The translations under genes and the position numbers were made by a program. Below are positions 12,577 to 24,710 of a stretch of 64,000 nucleotides of DNA, piece by piece; position 1 is the stretch's first letter; each line of letters begins with the position of its first letter. The notes under the pieces were generated by a model. It was not told the origin of the DNA and did not search any database. It saw only the letters and a program-made list of their open reading frames with translations. Origin of the DNA: Massalongia carnosa (Eukaryota); NCBI GenBank assembly GCA_965645245.1, contig OZ287083.1, positions 1,302,001 to 1,366,000 of the forward strand, written 5' to 3'.

Positions 12577-13725
12577 TCAGGTGTAAGATTGAATTCGCAA
12601 TGCCTGGTAGTTGGGGAGCGCTACTCTTTCATCGTCGACTGGATTCGTTCGGGACTCATGCGAGACCATATGTTGCGCCAGCATTTGTTCAGGATTGTCG
12701 TTGTCAATTTCAGAGGGCAAAAGCTTCCGCTTCTTAGCTCCGAGCCCCGTGGCCGCAAGCACTGCCCATCTAACTCGATCGATGCCGATCTTCTTCCCCA
12801 TCTCCAACGACTTCTCCGCACTACAGCTGACTATTTCCCCGAGACTTTCGGGGCCATCGCATATTCCCGGTTGGACCTGAGTTCGTAGCTTTTCACATAG
12901 TTTGAGGAGATCAATCGAGTTATCTCCAAGTTTTGATTCCGAGGGACTCCTCGGTCCTCGCCATAGAACGCGGTCAACTTTTGAAAGGATAATCTGATGT
13001 GAAATGGCGTTCTTTCTGAACAACCTGAGCAATTCTTCATCCGACGGCTTCAAGCCATGCAACGCATCCACGAGCAGAAAGGCCCTTCGTAGTCTGTAAC
13101 ACGTCAACTCAAGTTTCCAAATATTTGCATATAATCGGGCATACTGTTTCCTGCCAACCAGATATTTCAGAATCTCCGGCCCCCATTCTTCCCGGCTGCC
13201 CTTTCCATATCCCGGCATATCCAGCACCACAATCTTCCCCAAACTCCCTGCTTCATCAGGGCCCCCCACAGCAAAGAAGTTCATCGTCTTCGTTCTGCCC
13301 GGCTTACTGCTCGTATGGCACATGCTGCGACCCATCAAGGCATTCAGTAAACTCGACTTGCCAACGTTGGATCGGCCCAAAAAGGCAACCTCAGGCAGCA
13401 CCCCCACGTTTACCGTCCGAAACTTGGCCGTGGAATATAAGAGGTGTGGAGGGTAAGCAAGAAAGAATTGGTCCGCACGGCGAAGTTGCACAGAATCGGG
13501 GCCGGGAGTATCCCAATAATAGGAGAGCATAGGTATTGAGGCATCTTTCGCTTTTGGCGCCTCAGAAGTGGACTTTGAAGTTGGGTTTAAAGAGGTCTTG
13601 GAGGCCTTTCGGTTGAATCCAGCGGTTGGACGGATTGAAGACGTGAAGCGCAAAGTAGTTCTTCCTTTGGCATTCAAAATCAGCCTAGTACGGTGGGAGA
13701 ACGTGCAGGCAGATGAAAAAGACAT
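12577..13725 (-). CDS. EngB/YihA-family GTPase, probably mitochondrial (Mrx8-like); intron 13094-13144
   Basis: PEVAFLGRSNVGKSSLLN (G1), PGRT (G2), DMPGYG (G3), SKVD (G4), CSA (G5); basic Ser/Thr/Arg-rich N-terminus resembling a mitochondrial presequence. Confidence 0.88.
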   Translation of the reverse strand: MSFSSACTFSHRTRLILNAKGRTTLRFTSSIRPTAGFNRKASKTSLNPTSKSTSEAPKAKDASIPMLSYYWDTPGPDSVQLRRADQFFLAYPPHLLYSTAKFRTVNVGVLPEVAFLGRSNVGKSSLLNALMGRSMCHTSSKPGRTKTMNFFAVGGPDEAGSLGKIVVLDMPGYGKGSREEWGPEILKYLVGRKQYARLYANIWKLELTCYRLRRAFLLVDALHGLKPSDEELLRLFRKNAISHQIILSKVDRVLWRGPRSPSESKLGDNSIDLLKLCEKLRTQVQPGICDGPESLGEIVSCSAEKSLEMGKKIGIDRVRWAVLAATGLGAKKRKLLPSEIDNDNPEQMLAQHMVSHESRTNPVDDERVALPNYQALRIQSYT

Positions 13726-13861
13726 GAAACGTGCTTGAATCTAGTCCCATACAGGATTTGGAAAGGTTTTGAGAGCAAGTCGCTTAGATAGGTCTATAGG
13801 GCTGACATGTACATATCCTCTTCCCCCCAACTACGTACCAGAAATTCTCTCTCCTCCCATC

Positions 13862-14203
13862 ATGGCATCCTCCCCCTCCCATCTAAGATCGCTATACCGA
13901 TCTATCCTACGCGAACTCCCCCATCGCCCTCTCTCCACCCCATCGCCTATCCAGCAGCGAATCCGCGGGGCCTTCTCCACCAGCCCGGAAGGCGGCCACG
14001 GCGCACCGCCGCGGCGGTGGCAGGTGGAAGAAGGCGAGCAGTACGTGCAGTACGCCCGGGCGCAGCGGATTTATGCGACGCTGCTGGAGCGATATAACCC
14101 TGGGATCGGGAGCCCGATGGATGAGGAAGAGAGGGTTAGGTTGACGGCTAGGAGGGTGGGCATGGATTTGCCGGAAGAGTGGCGGCCTGGGCAGAAGTCT
14201 TGA
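13862..14203 (+). CDS. FMC1: Mitochondrial ATP synthase assembly factor Fmc1 (LYR-motif protein)
   Basis: LRSLYRSILREL N-terminus; QRIYATLLERYNPG..MDEEERVRLTARRVGMDLP C-terminal Fmc1 signature; ATG 13862. Confidence 0.88.
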   Translation: MASSPSHLRSLYRSILRELPHRPLSTPSPIQQRIRGAFSTSPEGGHGAPPRRWQVEEGEQYVQYARAQRIYATLLERYNPGIGSPMDEEERVRLTARRVGMDLPEEWRPGQKS

Positions 14204-15260
14204 GTAGGGGCGGTTGACTGGGTTTTGTGGCTCTTGCATGAGCCTCGCGCTATTCTAAATATTGTATGGTTGGGGTGCAGTGCCCTGCAGTGCTTTGGGC
14301 TGGAGGCTAACTATGGTTTAGTAGTCAAGTTTGCAGCTTGAGACCATGGAAGAAGCGCTACATAACCTTTCTCGAAGCTCTTTCAAATGAATAAACTTTT
14401 TTACAGAGCAAACTCAACCAGCCTTTCCCTTCCCGCCACGATTCCTTCTCCATCACGCCGTCAACCCAGCCGCTCTTTCTTTTTTCGAAAAAAAAAAATT
14501 CCTCGTTTGCCATCTCCCTATAAAGCCCCTCAACTCCTCACCTCTTCCTTCACCTTCGTACTCCGCGCCACCCACTGCCTCCCACTACCAACCAACCAAC
14601 CATCATGTCAATTTCCACCTCCCAACTTTCCCCCTTCCATCAAACCACGCCAAATATCCCTTCCTGACCGCGGTTGGAAAGGATAACGGCCTGGGGCTTT
14701 TGCTTGGATTTTCTGGTGCTGGGGTTTAATCCCGCAAGGGAAGGGGTTGTGTAGAATTCGGATTGGAGCTGGATTGGGGGGATGTGGGTGAGGAGAAAGA
14801 GAGAAGAAGGGGGGGAAAGAAATATATGGTTTGGAAAGGAGAGATATAGGGAGAGGGGGAGACCGAGCTCCTAAATACGAAAGGATCAAGGAAGAGTTTG
14901 GACGCTGGGAAGGGGAGGATGAGGAGCTGATCTGTGAAGTGTTTTAATACTTTGATAGTAAGAATACTTATAGGGACTCAGGATATACACCTGTGGAATG
15001 TGGCAGGAATCAGAACTTTTATATGTTTGAATTAATGAAGCCATGCACTCGGCAATAATTAAGAAATACTATTAGGGTATATGTAGATAATAAACATGGC
15101 TCTTGCAGCTAACAAAAACCGAAATGCCTTGAGCGCGCTCTTCCCTCGGCCAAGCATCAGGAAACTCCGTCTTCCCAGCCTTCAGAACCTTGGCCTTGGA
15201 AGCACCATCCTGACTAATTGCCAAAATAACGCCTGTCACTCAAACCCAAACCATAGGTTT

Positions 15261-16079
15261 CTAAGCACTTTCCATCAACTCCACTGGTGGCCGAGCCGTA
15301 TGCGTTATCACGTTTTCGCTTCCCTCCTCTACCACTTCAATGTCCTCAGTGGTGTCTTCCACCATCACAGCTGGCAACGCCAAGCTGTCCCCATGGTCCT
15401 GCGGATCATAGACCACACTCCGGCTTCCGCTTCTTTTCCTCCCTTCTTTCCCTTGCCATTCATCTAGTTCCCGCTGCTCTTTTCCCAGCCCCCTCACCCC
15501 TTCCAATGCCTTCGCCAGGTCCCCCGCAAATACCTCCTTGTTCGGAGGTCCCTCGTCCCGGACCATCCATCCGTGCGGTGGACTGGGCGGGGGGCTTATG
15601 AAGAACAGCTTCTGGCTCTTGGGCGCATGGAGATGGCGATCAGCTGACTCTTCTGTCGGGGTAGGTTCGCCGAAATAGATGCGTGCATTGTGAATAGTGA
15701 CCAAGGGAGTGGTGGCAAGATATTGGGTTGAAGCTATGGCGGCTTCGGTTGAGGGATACGAAGCGATTATTCGTCGCAGCGATTTCAGAGGGGAGAAAGA
15801 GTTCAGAGGCGATGGTTGAGAAAGGAGCGTCCGTATGTAAGCGAGGGAAGGAGATGTGAAAAGCTCATCGGAGAGGAGGTGCTGTTCTAGGTGTTAGAAG
15901 AGGAAAGAGTAGAAGGAAGGGTAAAGCTTTACGGTAATGATAAGGGTGTTTGAGGGAGGCGAAGGTTGAACCAACGAGGGTACCGAAGAGAGGTCAAGAG
16001 AGAGGGGCGTCCTGGTAGCATTTGAGGTCGGACTGGATGACTGTGAGGCAGGAGGGGATGCATGTTGTTGAGAAGCCAT
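15261..16079 (-). CDS. RCN1: Calcipressin / regulator of calcineurin (Rcn1/CbpA); exons 16079-15933, 15881-15261
   Basis: PSNTLIIT|, FSPLKSLRRII, RIYFGEPTP, KLFFISPPPSPPHGW (FLISPPxSPP signature), PAVMVE, C-terminal TARPPVEL. Confidence 0.9.
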
Positions 16080-16266
16080 ACTGCAGAGTGCTCGAGCAAT
16101 GTAGGGGAAGGTTGACAGGAATGTTAAGGTTATTGGAGTTGCAGAAGGAAAACGAGACTGGGAAACGATCTCTTGATATACCAAAGTAACTTATCTTCTT
16201 ATCACAGACGAACAACGATGGCTCGGATTATGTGAAAGTCAACTCCAGATTGATTTAGTCATCTCA

Positions 16267-16274
16267 GTGGCGCA
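16267..16274 (+). promoter_or_regulatory. Candidate Crz1/CDRE site GTGGCGCA in the calcipressin promoter
   Basis: Exact match to the yeast CDRE consensus GNGGC(G/T)CA about 190 bp upstream of the RCN1 ATG; a short motif, so chance is not excluded. Confidence 0.4.
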
Positions 16275-16562
16275 GCAAAGGACGAGGATATGTAATCGGC
16301 GTCCACGTTCCGACCGACGTGAGATAGCAATTGAACTCCATTACGTTTGCAGTCTTGTGCGTGCGAGTACACAGTCGTGATGAGCCAGCGTACCAAGAAA
16401 ATTGGCATTATTCGAGACCATCGAAGTATTAAAGCCTCCATTTCCGATTTTCTGGGCAAAACGGCAGAGAAATGACGGCAGTGGAAGGCAAAGCGCGGGA
16501 TTGCCGCCCTCATTCTCCGCCATCCTGGACACACCATCGCCGCAGTGGCAACACACGCTCTA

Positions 16563-18235
16563 CAGAGGTTGACACCGAAAGTCCTGATAATACGCTAATG
16601 TAAAGCTAATACTAGTGTCTTGGCAGGTTATAGTGCCGAATTCTGGAATTTCTAGTCATCCACCTCGTCATCGCTAGTATTATTACTATTATCACCAGCT
16701 CGAAGGCCTCGTCGACCTCGATCATATCGTTCTTTTCGTTCTTCACTGATATAAAGACGAACTCCGCTTTCTACTTCGGTGGAACCTTCGCGATACTGAT
16801 TCCCACCCTCTAAAGCTATAACCTGCTGAATATGACGAGGTATGCGCTCAATCCAATGCTGAATACGTTTCTGAGTCAATGTCTTTTTCCAGTACCGAGT
16901 CCAACCCTTTTCCATGATGATTCTGTTCGTCGGACAGCCTCTTCGGGTGGTTGTCGCTTCATCCAGGCCCAACAAGTCTCGATCATATTGAGATCAGGAG
17001 AATTTCCGGGCCAAATCAAGCGCATAACTCCTGCATTCATAAATATCTGATCCTGATGCTTACAAGCATGACTGGGAGCCTTGTCTTCCTGTATCAAAGT
17101 GTCCGGACGATTTATCATGCAGTGAAGAGCGAAAGGAATCACTTTGGGAATTAATATATGAATTTGATAGCGATACCAGTCAATTTTTCCTTTCCCATCT
17201 CGCTCCATTTTACCGTGAGCTTTGTTCCATGTCCAAGTGGGCTTTCGACCTCCAGGATTTCGTAGTCCCATTCGTCTTATTCCGTTGGTTAATTCCCATT
17301 CTTCTTTCGCTGCAGGTTCTGAAATGTCGTTGAGTCGTTTTAAATGCTCAATTGCATCCTTCTTTTCAGCAGCGGTCTCGTCTTTCCAAATGTGCATAGG
17401 ACCTCTCTTATCATAACTAAAAGAACCCCAAAACATGAACTCCGAATATTCTTTCCATCGTCGACGAACGCAAGTTTTATTGTACGATTCGGTTGAATCG
17501 CGCCATACTCGTATGCATGCTCGACGAGTGCCCAAACAAACGCTTGTTTCGTCGGTCCAAATGACCTTCTTCCAGTCTTCGATCGTCCAGTGTTCATGTC
17601 GCAAGGCGAACTGATATCGAGCCTCCATCATTGCAGGAGTGAGACCGGGTTTTTTAGTTGTTTTACGCCATTGCAAACGATTGCGTTTTAGAACTCGAAG
17701 AATAGTTGTTGCGGAGACATTGTGCTCATATGCAAGCACTGCGGCTGGTTTTTCTCGACCATTTGCGTCTTTTCGAACTGTTGTCAAAATGTCAAATTCA
17801 ACCTCCGAAGTCACCTTCGGTGGACGACCTGAACGAGGTGCATCTTTGACATATTCTTCTTTCATAACAGAAGAGACCTCCGGATCAAAACCTCGTTCTC
17901 TAGCTTTTTTTCTCAGACGTCTGACGGTTATAGAAGTCATACCGGAGGCTGTAGCAGCTGCATCTATTCCAACTCCATGTTCAACCAAAGAAAGAGCCTG
18001 TAATCTTGCAGCTATTGTATGATTTACTGTTCGTGAATCACCCATTATTATATTAAATATATTATAGAAAATTTGATAATAAAACAAACATCAAAAGCTG
18101 AAGTTTCGACCTTGTTGTTACCATGAGGATATCACTTTGAATGATCTCCCTATAGCATTTTTAACGCTAAATCTACGTGGCGTTTTTTGCCCGCATTAGC
18201 GTATTACGGAATATCGAGTCCCGAGAACTCACATA
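16563..18235 (-). mobile_element. Tc1-like DNA transposon (DD34E), defective
   Basis: Transposase inside; left end TA|CAGAGGTTGACACCGAAAGT; 13-bp inverted match TAATACGCTAATG at 16588-16600 and 18194-18206; right boundary degenerate and approximate. Confidence 0.8.
16652..18045 (-). pseudogene. Tc1 transposase with a 1-nt frameshift near 16950
   Basis: HTH region with PRSGRPPK, then WTDET ... QEDKAPSH-(34)-WPGNSPDLNMIE; the frame shifts at WMKRQ/TTRRGCP and continues to IALEGGNQY..; likely ATG 18045. Confidence 0.9.
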
Positions 18236-18703
18236 CCCGTGGATTGAGAGCTGACCAATCCTTACTTGCATGCTGTCACAAAAGAGCTGCAGGTTACATA
18301 GTACAGAGTACTCCGTATTCTCCAACCGAACCAAGAGGAAATTGGCTGCGCCCCATTCTTGCAACAAGCTGCACCAATATCGTTACGCTCCATCTGTCAT
18401 CATTTCTAGATTAATCTAGTACAAAGTGGGAACTACGATACGTATCTTGAAGCTTGGATCAGTTTGGGCATTTATAGTAAAGAGTCATGAGCTCTGACCC
18501 GCCTGCTGACAAGTCTTTATTTTGATTGTGGTGAGTCCGTGATATGCTCGCATAGCCTTCGCAGCTATTTTGTTATCTATACCAGATCTTACAGCGCCAT
18601 TCACGGCCACATGTCCTTAACTAGCCTGAGTGAAAAACAAGCCTCCGCTACGCTTGGAACCTGCTGGTAGCCATCGGTGCCCTTTTCCAAATATCCTCTC
18701 AAC

Positions 18704-19012
18704 TCAAGCTCCACCCTCTCGCTTTGCATATTCATCCTCGATTCTCTCTTCGTACTCTCTATCAGCGTCTGAGCTCACATCTTCGATCCGCTTGCTGTCA
18801 TCTAAGCCCGCGACTTGCGGGGCACCACCGGCCGGCAGTCGCGTCGTTTCTGAGGTCGCAGGTTGGCCGGCCAGCTGTGTGGTCTTATGAATGGTTGTCC
18901 CGGACGGATTGGATGTGGTGGACTCAGTGTAGGTATTGCCAAACGAATCGGTGCGGCTGGAGTGGGAAGAGGATGAGAAGGTAGAAAAGGGTTGGTTTTG
19001 TTGATTTGACAT
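18704..19012 (-). CDS. Small Ser/Thr-rich hydrophilic conserved fungal hypothetical protein
   Basis: Single exon, CAACCATG start context, C-terminus EYEERIEDEYAKREGGA that I recognise from ascomycete hypothetical proteins. Confidence 0.8.
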   Translation of the reverse strand: MSNQQNQPFSTFSSSSHSSRTDSFGNTYTESTTSNPSGTTIHKTTQLAGQPATSETTRLPAGGAPQVAGLDDSKRIEDVSSDADREYEERIEDEYAKREGGA

Positions 19013-21161
19013 GGTTGTTGTGTAGACTTGTTGTGTCGATTATGAAAGAATATATATCATATGTTCTTTGATAGGTGATGTTAACTGATGGTAGGTCGAT
19101 GCAAGGAAGTCGGGAGACTTCTGGTCTAAAAAGGCACCTGTGACGTCAGATCCGAAACTACGGAAATCCTGTACTTGATGACGTGATGAAACAGCTGATA
19201 TCAGATTCTAAGCCTGGTCAAAGGCTAATCTCATCAATGCTAACTAACGTATAGCTATGCCGACCGTCGTGAGATTGTAATAGTTTGATCATCATGTAAA
19301 CGTAGCCAAGGAAACTTGAAAAGGACATGGTGAACGTACTGTTTGCAATCCAAGGCAAAGCTCTTTCAAAGTCTCAGTTTTTCGCCCACATGCGACGCTA
19401 CTACTAATTATGTCAGCGTAAACCCCATCATCTTAAATGTTCTTAGTTTAGCGGAAGAGTAGATCAGGGTCAAAAGTCTCGTCTTGGCCAGCGGTAAGCA
19501 GGCTTGGACATATGCTTGTCGTTTGATAATCTGAAATCATCATCTGTATTTGATGTTGCCTCCAACGAAGGACGTCGAAAAGTAAGATTTACCTGATTTG
19601 AACAACCCGCTGTCTTCATTCATATAGCACAGATATTACGTTCTTGCTCCCTGCTGGTGTTCAGGTTAGCCCTTATACTAGATCAAATATTGAAAAGGCA
19701 GGTCTAAAACCGTCTGTCTCAGAAATGCATGAATGGTAATTAAAAGAGTATCTACATCGGAAACCCGAATCAGACTCGTCATCTAGATGCTCATCATAGA
19801 AGCTCAATCTGTACTTCGTAGGGTATCTTACCTTCATACTTGCAGTAAATAACTTAAGAAGCCATTGGCTAAGTCTGGAAGCAAGCTTCAGGAGAGTTAT
19901 GGTGCTTCTTAGGCAAAAGCCCCACACCAGATCATACTATATTTAACAGATTAAGTCAGTAAAGATAAAATTCAAATAAGCAAACAAACCAAGCTCAAGA
20001 AAGAAAGATGCGAGAATCAGCGGGCGAGGTTTTCTAGGCCTGCCACAAAAAGGCATATCTGCTCATAACACTATTGATTTCTCTCAAATGCAGTCAGAGC
20101 CCAGTGCCATTCATCAGATGAAGTTGATAGAAAACAGAAGTATTAAACCAGGAAAGCATACCGATCAACAAACAAATAGAGGTTAAAAATGGCCCGGAAC
20201 ATAAAAATCTCCGGCCACCAATTTGAGCTTGGTGCTCCACGGCATGGTAGGTCCTCATGAGCCGCGTTGTGATCTTAAACCATTAGTATCGTCAGCGTTG
20301 TACAAGATATCCAACGGTTAGGGATTGGGGTTAAGTGTGAGCTCAGTTCAAGCCATATGATATCTTCAAGAACCATTCAAGGTCTCAGTCGGTAATTTCC
20401 AGCGTACATCGTACGATATGATCATCATTGCTCAATCTCGTGAGGGATATTAAGAGGATGAAGAGGCATACCAGGAAAAGCCTGGTCCGTGGTTATACTC
20501 TATAGCAACGATTAGCTACATATCTCCCAAGAACACTGAACTCATGCAATCTGGCAAAGACCACTCCATCAGACTGACGTGTGCATTATAAGTTTCATTC
20601 CCCTTGAGGTCAAAGACTCTAGTTATGCGGTTTAATCAAATCATCACATAGAATGTGCAAACCCCGAACATAAAGTAAATCGGTATGACTAACCTATGTT
20701 CAGACTCTATATCTTCCCAGGTGTGAGGTTTAGATATGAGATTGGATAGAGAAGATTTGTTGCCCCAAGTTTTTCGTGGCTGAGATTAAGATTTCTCAAG
20801 CTTAAAAAAAGTTTTAGTGGGCCATCAAACCCTGTGGTATGTCACATGACTCGGAAACCCGAAATGAGCTGCCAGGGCTGTGCATATAAGGTCGTTAACG
20901 CTCTTGGAGAGTTCCAGGATCGTCGGATAAGGTGGACAAAGCGAACCGCTCAATTGACAAAAGACTCGTCCTGGCCCTCATGCTTTCCACATCGTCGGTT
21001 GAAGTCGGAAGTATTCCCGAGCTTGCAGGGGATGTATCCCTGAAATCCGAGTTCAGAATGTCTACAAGAGACAAATTTGAGCCACTTCTCTCTTAGAAGC
21101 AATACATCTAGTTTCAGTCAGACTAGAAGCACGACATACTCATCTCGTATCTTTATCTACT

Positions 21162-22339
21162 ATGGCATCTGCTACAGCGAACTCGGTAATACGAGAGAAG
21201 ATTAACTACGATATCATTACTCTGACTCGTTTCCTTACTGAAGAACAGACCAAGCATAAAGAAGCCACAGGAGACTTTACGTAAGATCTGTGTTGTACTG
21301 GGCTTAGAGAACTGCTGCTAAATAAAAACCTGCAAAGCCTTCTCTGCCATGCTCTTCAGTTCTCCTTCAAGTCAATTGCCTATTACATTCGCCGAGCAAC
21401 TCTGATCAACTTAACTGGCCTTGCCGGCTCGTCCAACACGACTGGTGACGACCAAAAGAAACTTGATGTTATTGGCAATGACCTGTTTATTGCTGCCATG
21501 CGCACCTCTGGCAAGTGCAGGCTTCTGGTTTCGGAAGAGGAAGAGAAATGCATTGTGTTTGATGAAAACCCGAAAGCACGCTATGCTGTGGTCTGCGATC
21601 CTATCGACGGATCAAGTAATCTCGATGCCGGGGTGAGTGTAGGCACCATATTTGGTATATTCAAATTAGAAGAAGGAAGCCGAGGTGAGCAGGAGGAATT
21701 GCTACTTCCAGGAACGGAATTGGTGGCTAGCGGCTTCACCATGTATGGTGCCAGTGCCCAGCTTGTTATCACTATCAAAGGAGGTAGTGTCAATGGCTTT
21801 ACAATGGACAACGCCCTGGGAGAATTTATCCTAACCCATCCAGAAATGCGAATGCCAAAGGCTAGGGCGATATATAGCGTTAACGAGGGAAACAGTCTTT
21901 ATTGGGAAGAACCTGTCAAGGAGTACTTCGACGGGCTAAAGTATCCGACCCAGGAGGGAGGGAAACCATATAGCGCAAGATACATTGGTAGTATGGTTGC
22001 AGACGCCTACCGTACGCTTTTGTATGGAGGGATTTTTGCCTATCCGGCGGATAAGAAGAGTCCGAAGGGAAAATTGAGGATTTTGTACGAGTGTGCACCC
22101 ATGGCCATGGTTTTTGAAAATGGTAACTTAAACTCTCATCTTGTTGCTATGTATCGGGAACTGTCTAAATGCTAATTTTGGTCTGTGCACTCCCAGCTGG
22201 CGGCCAAGCCGTTAACAGTCATATGGAGCGTATGCTGACCGTTGTTCCGGAGCATATCCATGATCGATCAGGTATCTTCATGGGTAGCTACGATGAAGTT
22301 CAGAAGGTCATTGATGTACACAAAAAGCATATCAAGTAG
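21162..22339 (+). CDS. FBP1: Fructose-1,6-bisphosphatase; exons 21162-21280, 21338-22122, 22197-22339
   Basis: DIITLTRFL, GDDQKKLDV, VSEE, DPIDGSSNLDAGVSVGTIF, RYIGSMVAD, GKLRILYECAPMA. Confidence 0.97.
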
Positions 22340-23191
22340 GAGCTGGCTTCTTGATTCTCTCTCTTCTTCCTAGATACCCAAGGGACACATAGTGTACATA
22401 TACCGGCTGGTTGAGCAAAATTTTGTATGATGTACCTTTTCAAAAATCCTAGCCATATTTTCGAGCCTGTACATGTGTTTCTTGGTTTTTAAAACTGGAA
22501 GTAAGAGATGTTATACAATCCCTTGCGTCGAATATATATTGCTTCCATTGTCGAGGAAATCAGGTATCCAAACCATCATTGGCTTCCCTCACGGACGTCT
22601 TTATTTTTACAGCATCCTTTCATTACCTCGTAGGAGAATTTTCCACTAAAGGAATCAACCATTGGAGAAGATGGCGCAATACAATCGTCATAGATTCATA
22701 GAGTTGTGCGCCTCTAGGTAAGAAGTGAGGCAAGGAAGGTTATTGTCAATCTGTAGCAGGGAATCTGAGGAATAAAATATACATATTCTGCCCTTGGTAA
22801 CAACCATTTGCGACGTTGAAGCAGCTGAGTAGCTAAAGCATGTAAACGAAATGAATGCAATTTTCTCTTCTGCAAGACATTTACACATCATCCAGTAGGC
22901 ATAGCATAAGGAACCGCTCCTCCTCGCTCCGCGCAACCGTACTCCAAGCAAAGTGCTGGATCTCGAGAAAAGTTATATTAGTACCCTTACGTTTAAATTT
23001 GTTTAGTTAAGACCCGACCATGTCCGGTCAAAAAGTCAATCAGTGTTTGGGCCAGCAAATGCAGTTTGTTAGCAGCGTGGCGTTAATCTATCCTTGACTT
23101 AGTGCCTCATCCGCTCGTTGGCGATTATATCGATGGACTGAAGCTTTCATCTTCTTCCAGGCTTCGGCCAACAACAAACTTACATACAGTC

Positions 23192-24710
23192 ATGACCAAC
23201 CCATCGGAAGCACGCATCTCTTCCGTTCTAACCCCACCTGCATCGATGATAGAAGTTGACGAAGTATGTACATCGATGGATGGTTAACACTTATGCTAAT
23301 GTTTCCAGCGTTCCTTTGATGAAGATGTTTCGTAGGTTTTTGCCTTATCAAGATTCCTTATGTAGCAAGACTTACCCCATCTCTAAAGGGAATTCAGCAC
23401 AGCATCGATTACTTCTAGCATTGTGGATTACGAGTTTGAAAATGGACGCAGATATCACGCCTATAAGGCAGGTTCCTACCCACTGCCCAATGATGAGGTT
23501 CGTTCTACCAAACCATCCTGCCGCGCGATGTCGCTGGGTGTTCTCGGATCCCAGCAAGAGCATAGTCCAGTCGGGGGATCAGCTGCTGACAGGCTTGAGT
23601 GTTGCAGGCTGAACTGGAGCGATTGGATATCAAACATCATATAATCATGCTTCTTTCCAACGGGCATCTGCACCTCGCGCCTCTGACCAATCCTAGGAGG
23701 ATACTGGATATTGGGACGGGAACGGGAATTTGGGCAATGGAGATGGCGGATCTGTACCCGGATTCTTTGATAATTGGGACTGACCTCTCCCCTGTCCAGC
23801 CAATCTGGTATGAGGAAATCTTTCATGTGAGATCATAAGAAACGGCGACAGAGCATCACCTTGCTAATGATGCAGGGTTCCCAAAAATGTTCGGTTTGAG
23901 ATTGATGATGTTGAGAGCAAAGAGTGGCCTTGGCGAGAAAATCAGTTTGACTACATACATTCAAGGTTCATGATAACATCAATATCAGATTGGCAGGCTT
24001 TACTATGGAAGGCATACAGGTACATTGACGGTTCTCCGGTTTGATGTTGCTTACATGGTATTATAGACACTGTAAACCCGGAGGCTATGTCGAGCTACAA
24101 GAACTTGATCCACGGTTTACCTCAGACGATGGAACTCTCAAGGATGATAGCGCCTTATCATACTGGTCGCGTACCATATGCGAAGCAGCAAAGGAATACA
24201 ATCGGCCCATTCCTGTTTTCACACAATACAAGGCATGGCTCGAAAGGGCAGGCTTCATAGACGTCCAACAGATTGTCTTGAAAGCTCCCACTAATCCGTG
24301 GCCAAAATGTAAACTTCTAAAAGAAGTCAGCAAGTTCCAGCTAGTATCTCATATTGAGGGGTTTGAGGGCGTTAGCATTGGCTTAATGACCAGAGGGCTT
24401 GGATGGAAGGCGGAAGAAGTCAAGGTCCTGATGGCCCAGATCAGGCCTGAGTTGAAAAGCCGATCAATTCATTCATATCAACATATGTAGGTTACCTCTG
24501 CTTGGAATCGTCAAGGGTCCACGTTTCTGATCATTGAACAGAGTGATGCTCTTTGGCCGCAAACCTGACGGTAGTGAACTACCAGACTCACCTACGGCTG
24601 CATGTGGATCGGGGTCTACACACTTGACCCCTAAGCTGCCGTCAAACAGAATACCCAGCCCCAATGCATCCCCATCACTTGGAGATATCAACGAAGATTT
24701 TCTTGGCTAA
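23192..24710 (+). CDS. LaeA-like class I SAM-dependent methyltransferase (about 7 exons)
   Basis: YEFENGRRYHAY..YPLPNDE|AELERLD, RILDIGTGTGIWA, IGTDLSPVQP, FEIDDVE, FDYIHSR, KPGGYVELQE, W..EEV; exons joined through GT-AG introns; the two small 5' exons are less certain. Confidence 0.85.

Noticed and set aside
19400..20700. Protein-like fragments upstream of FBP1
   Set aside because: Many stops and no family signature that I can support.
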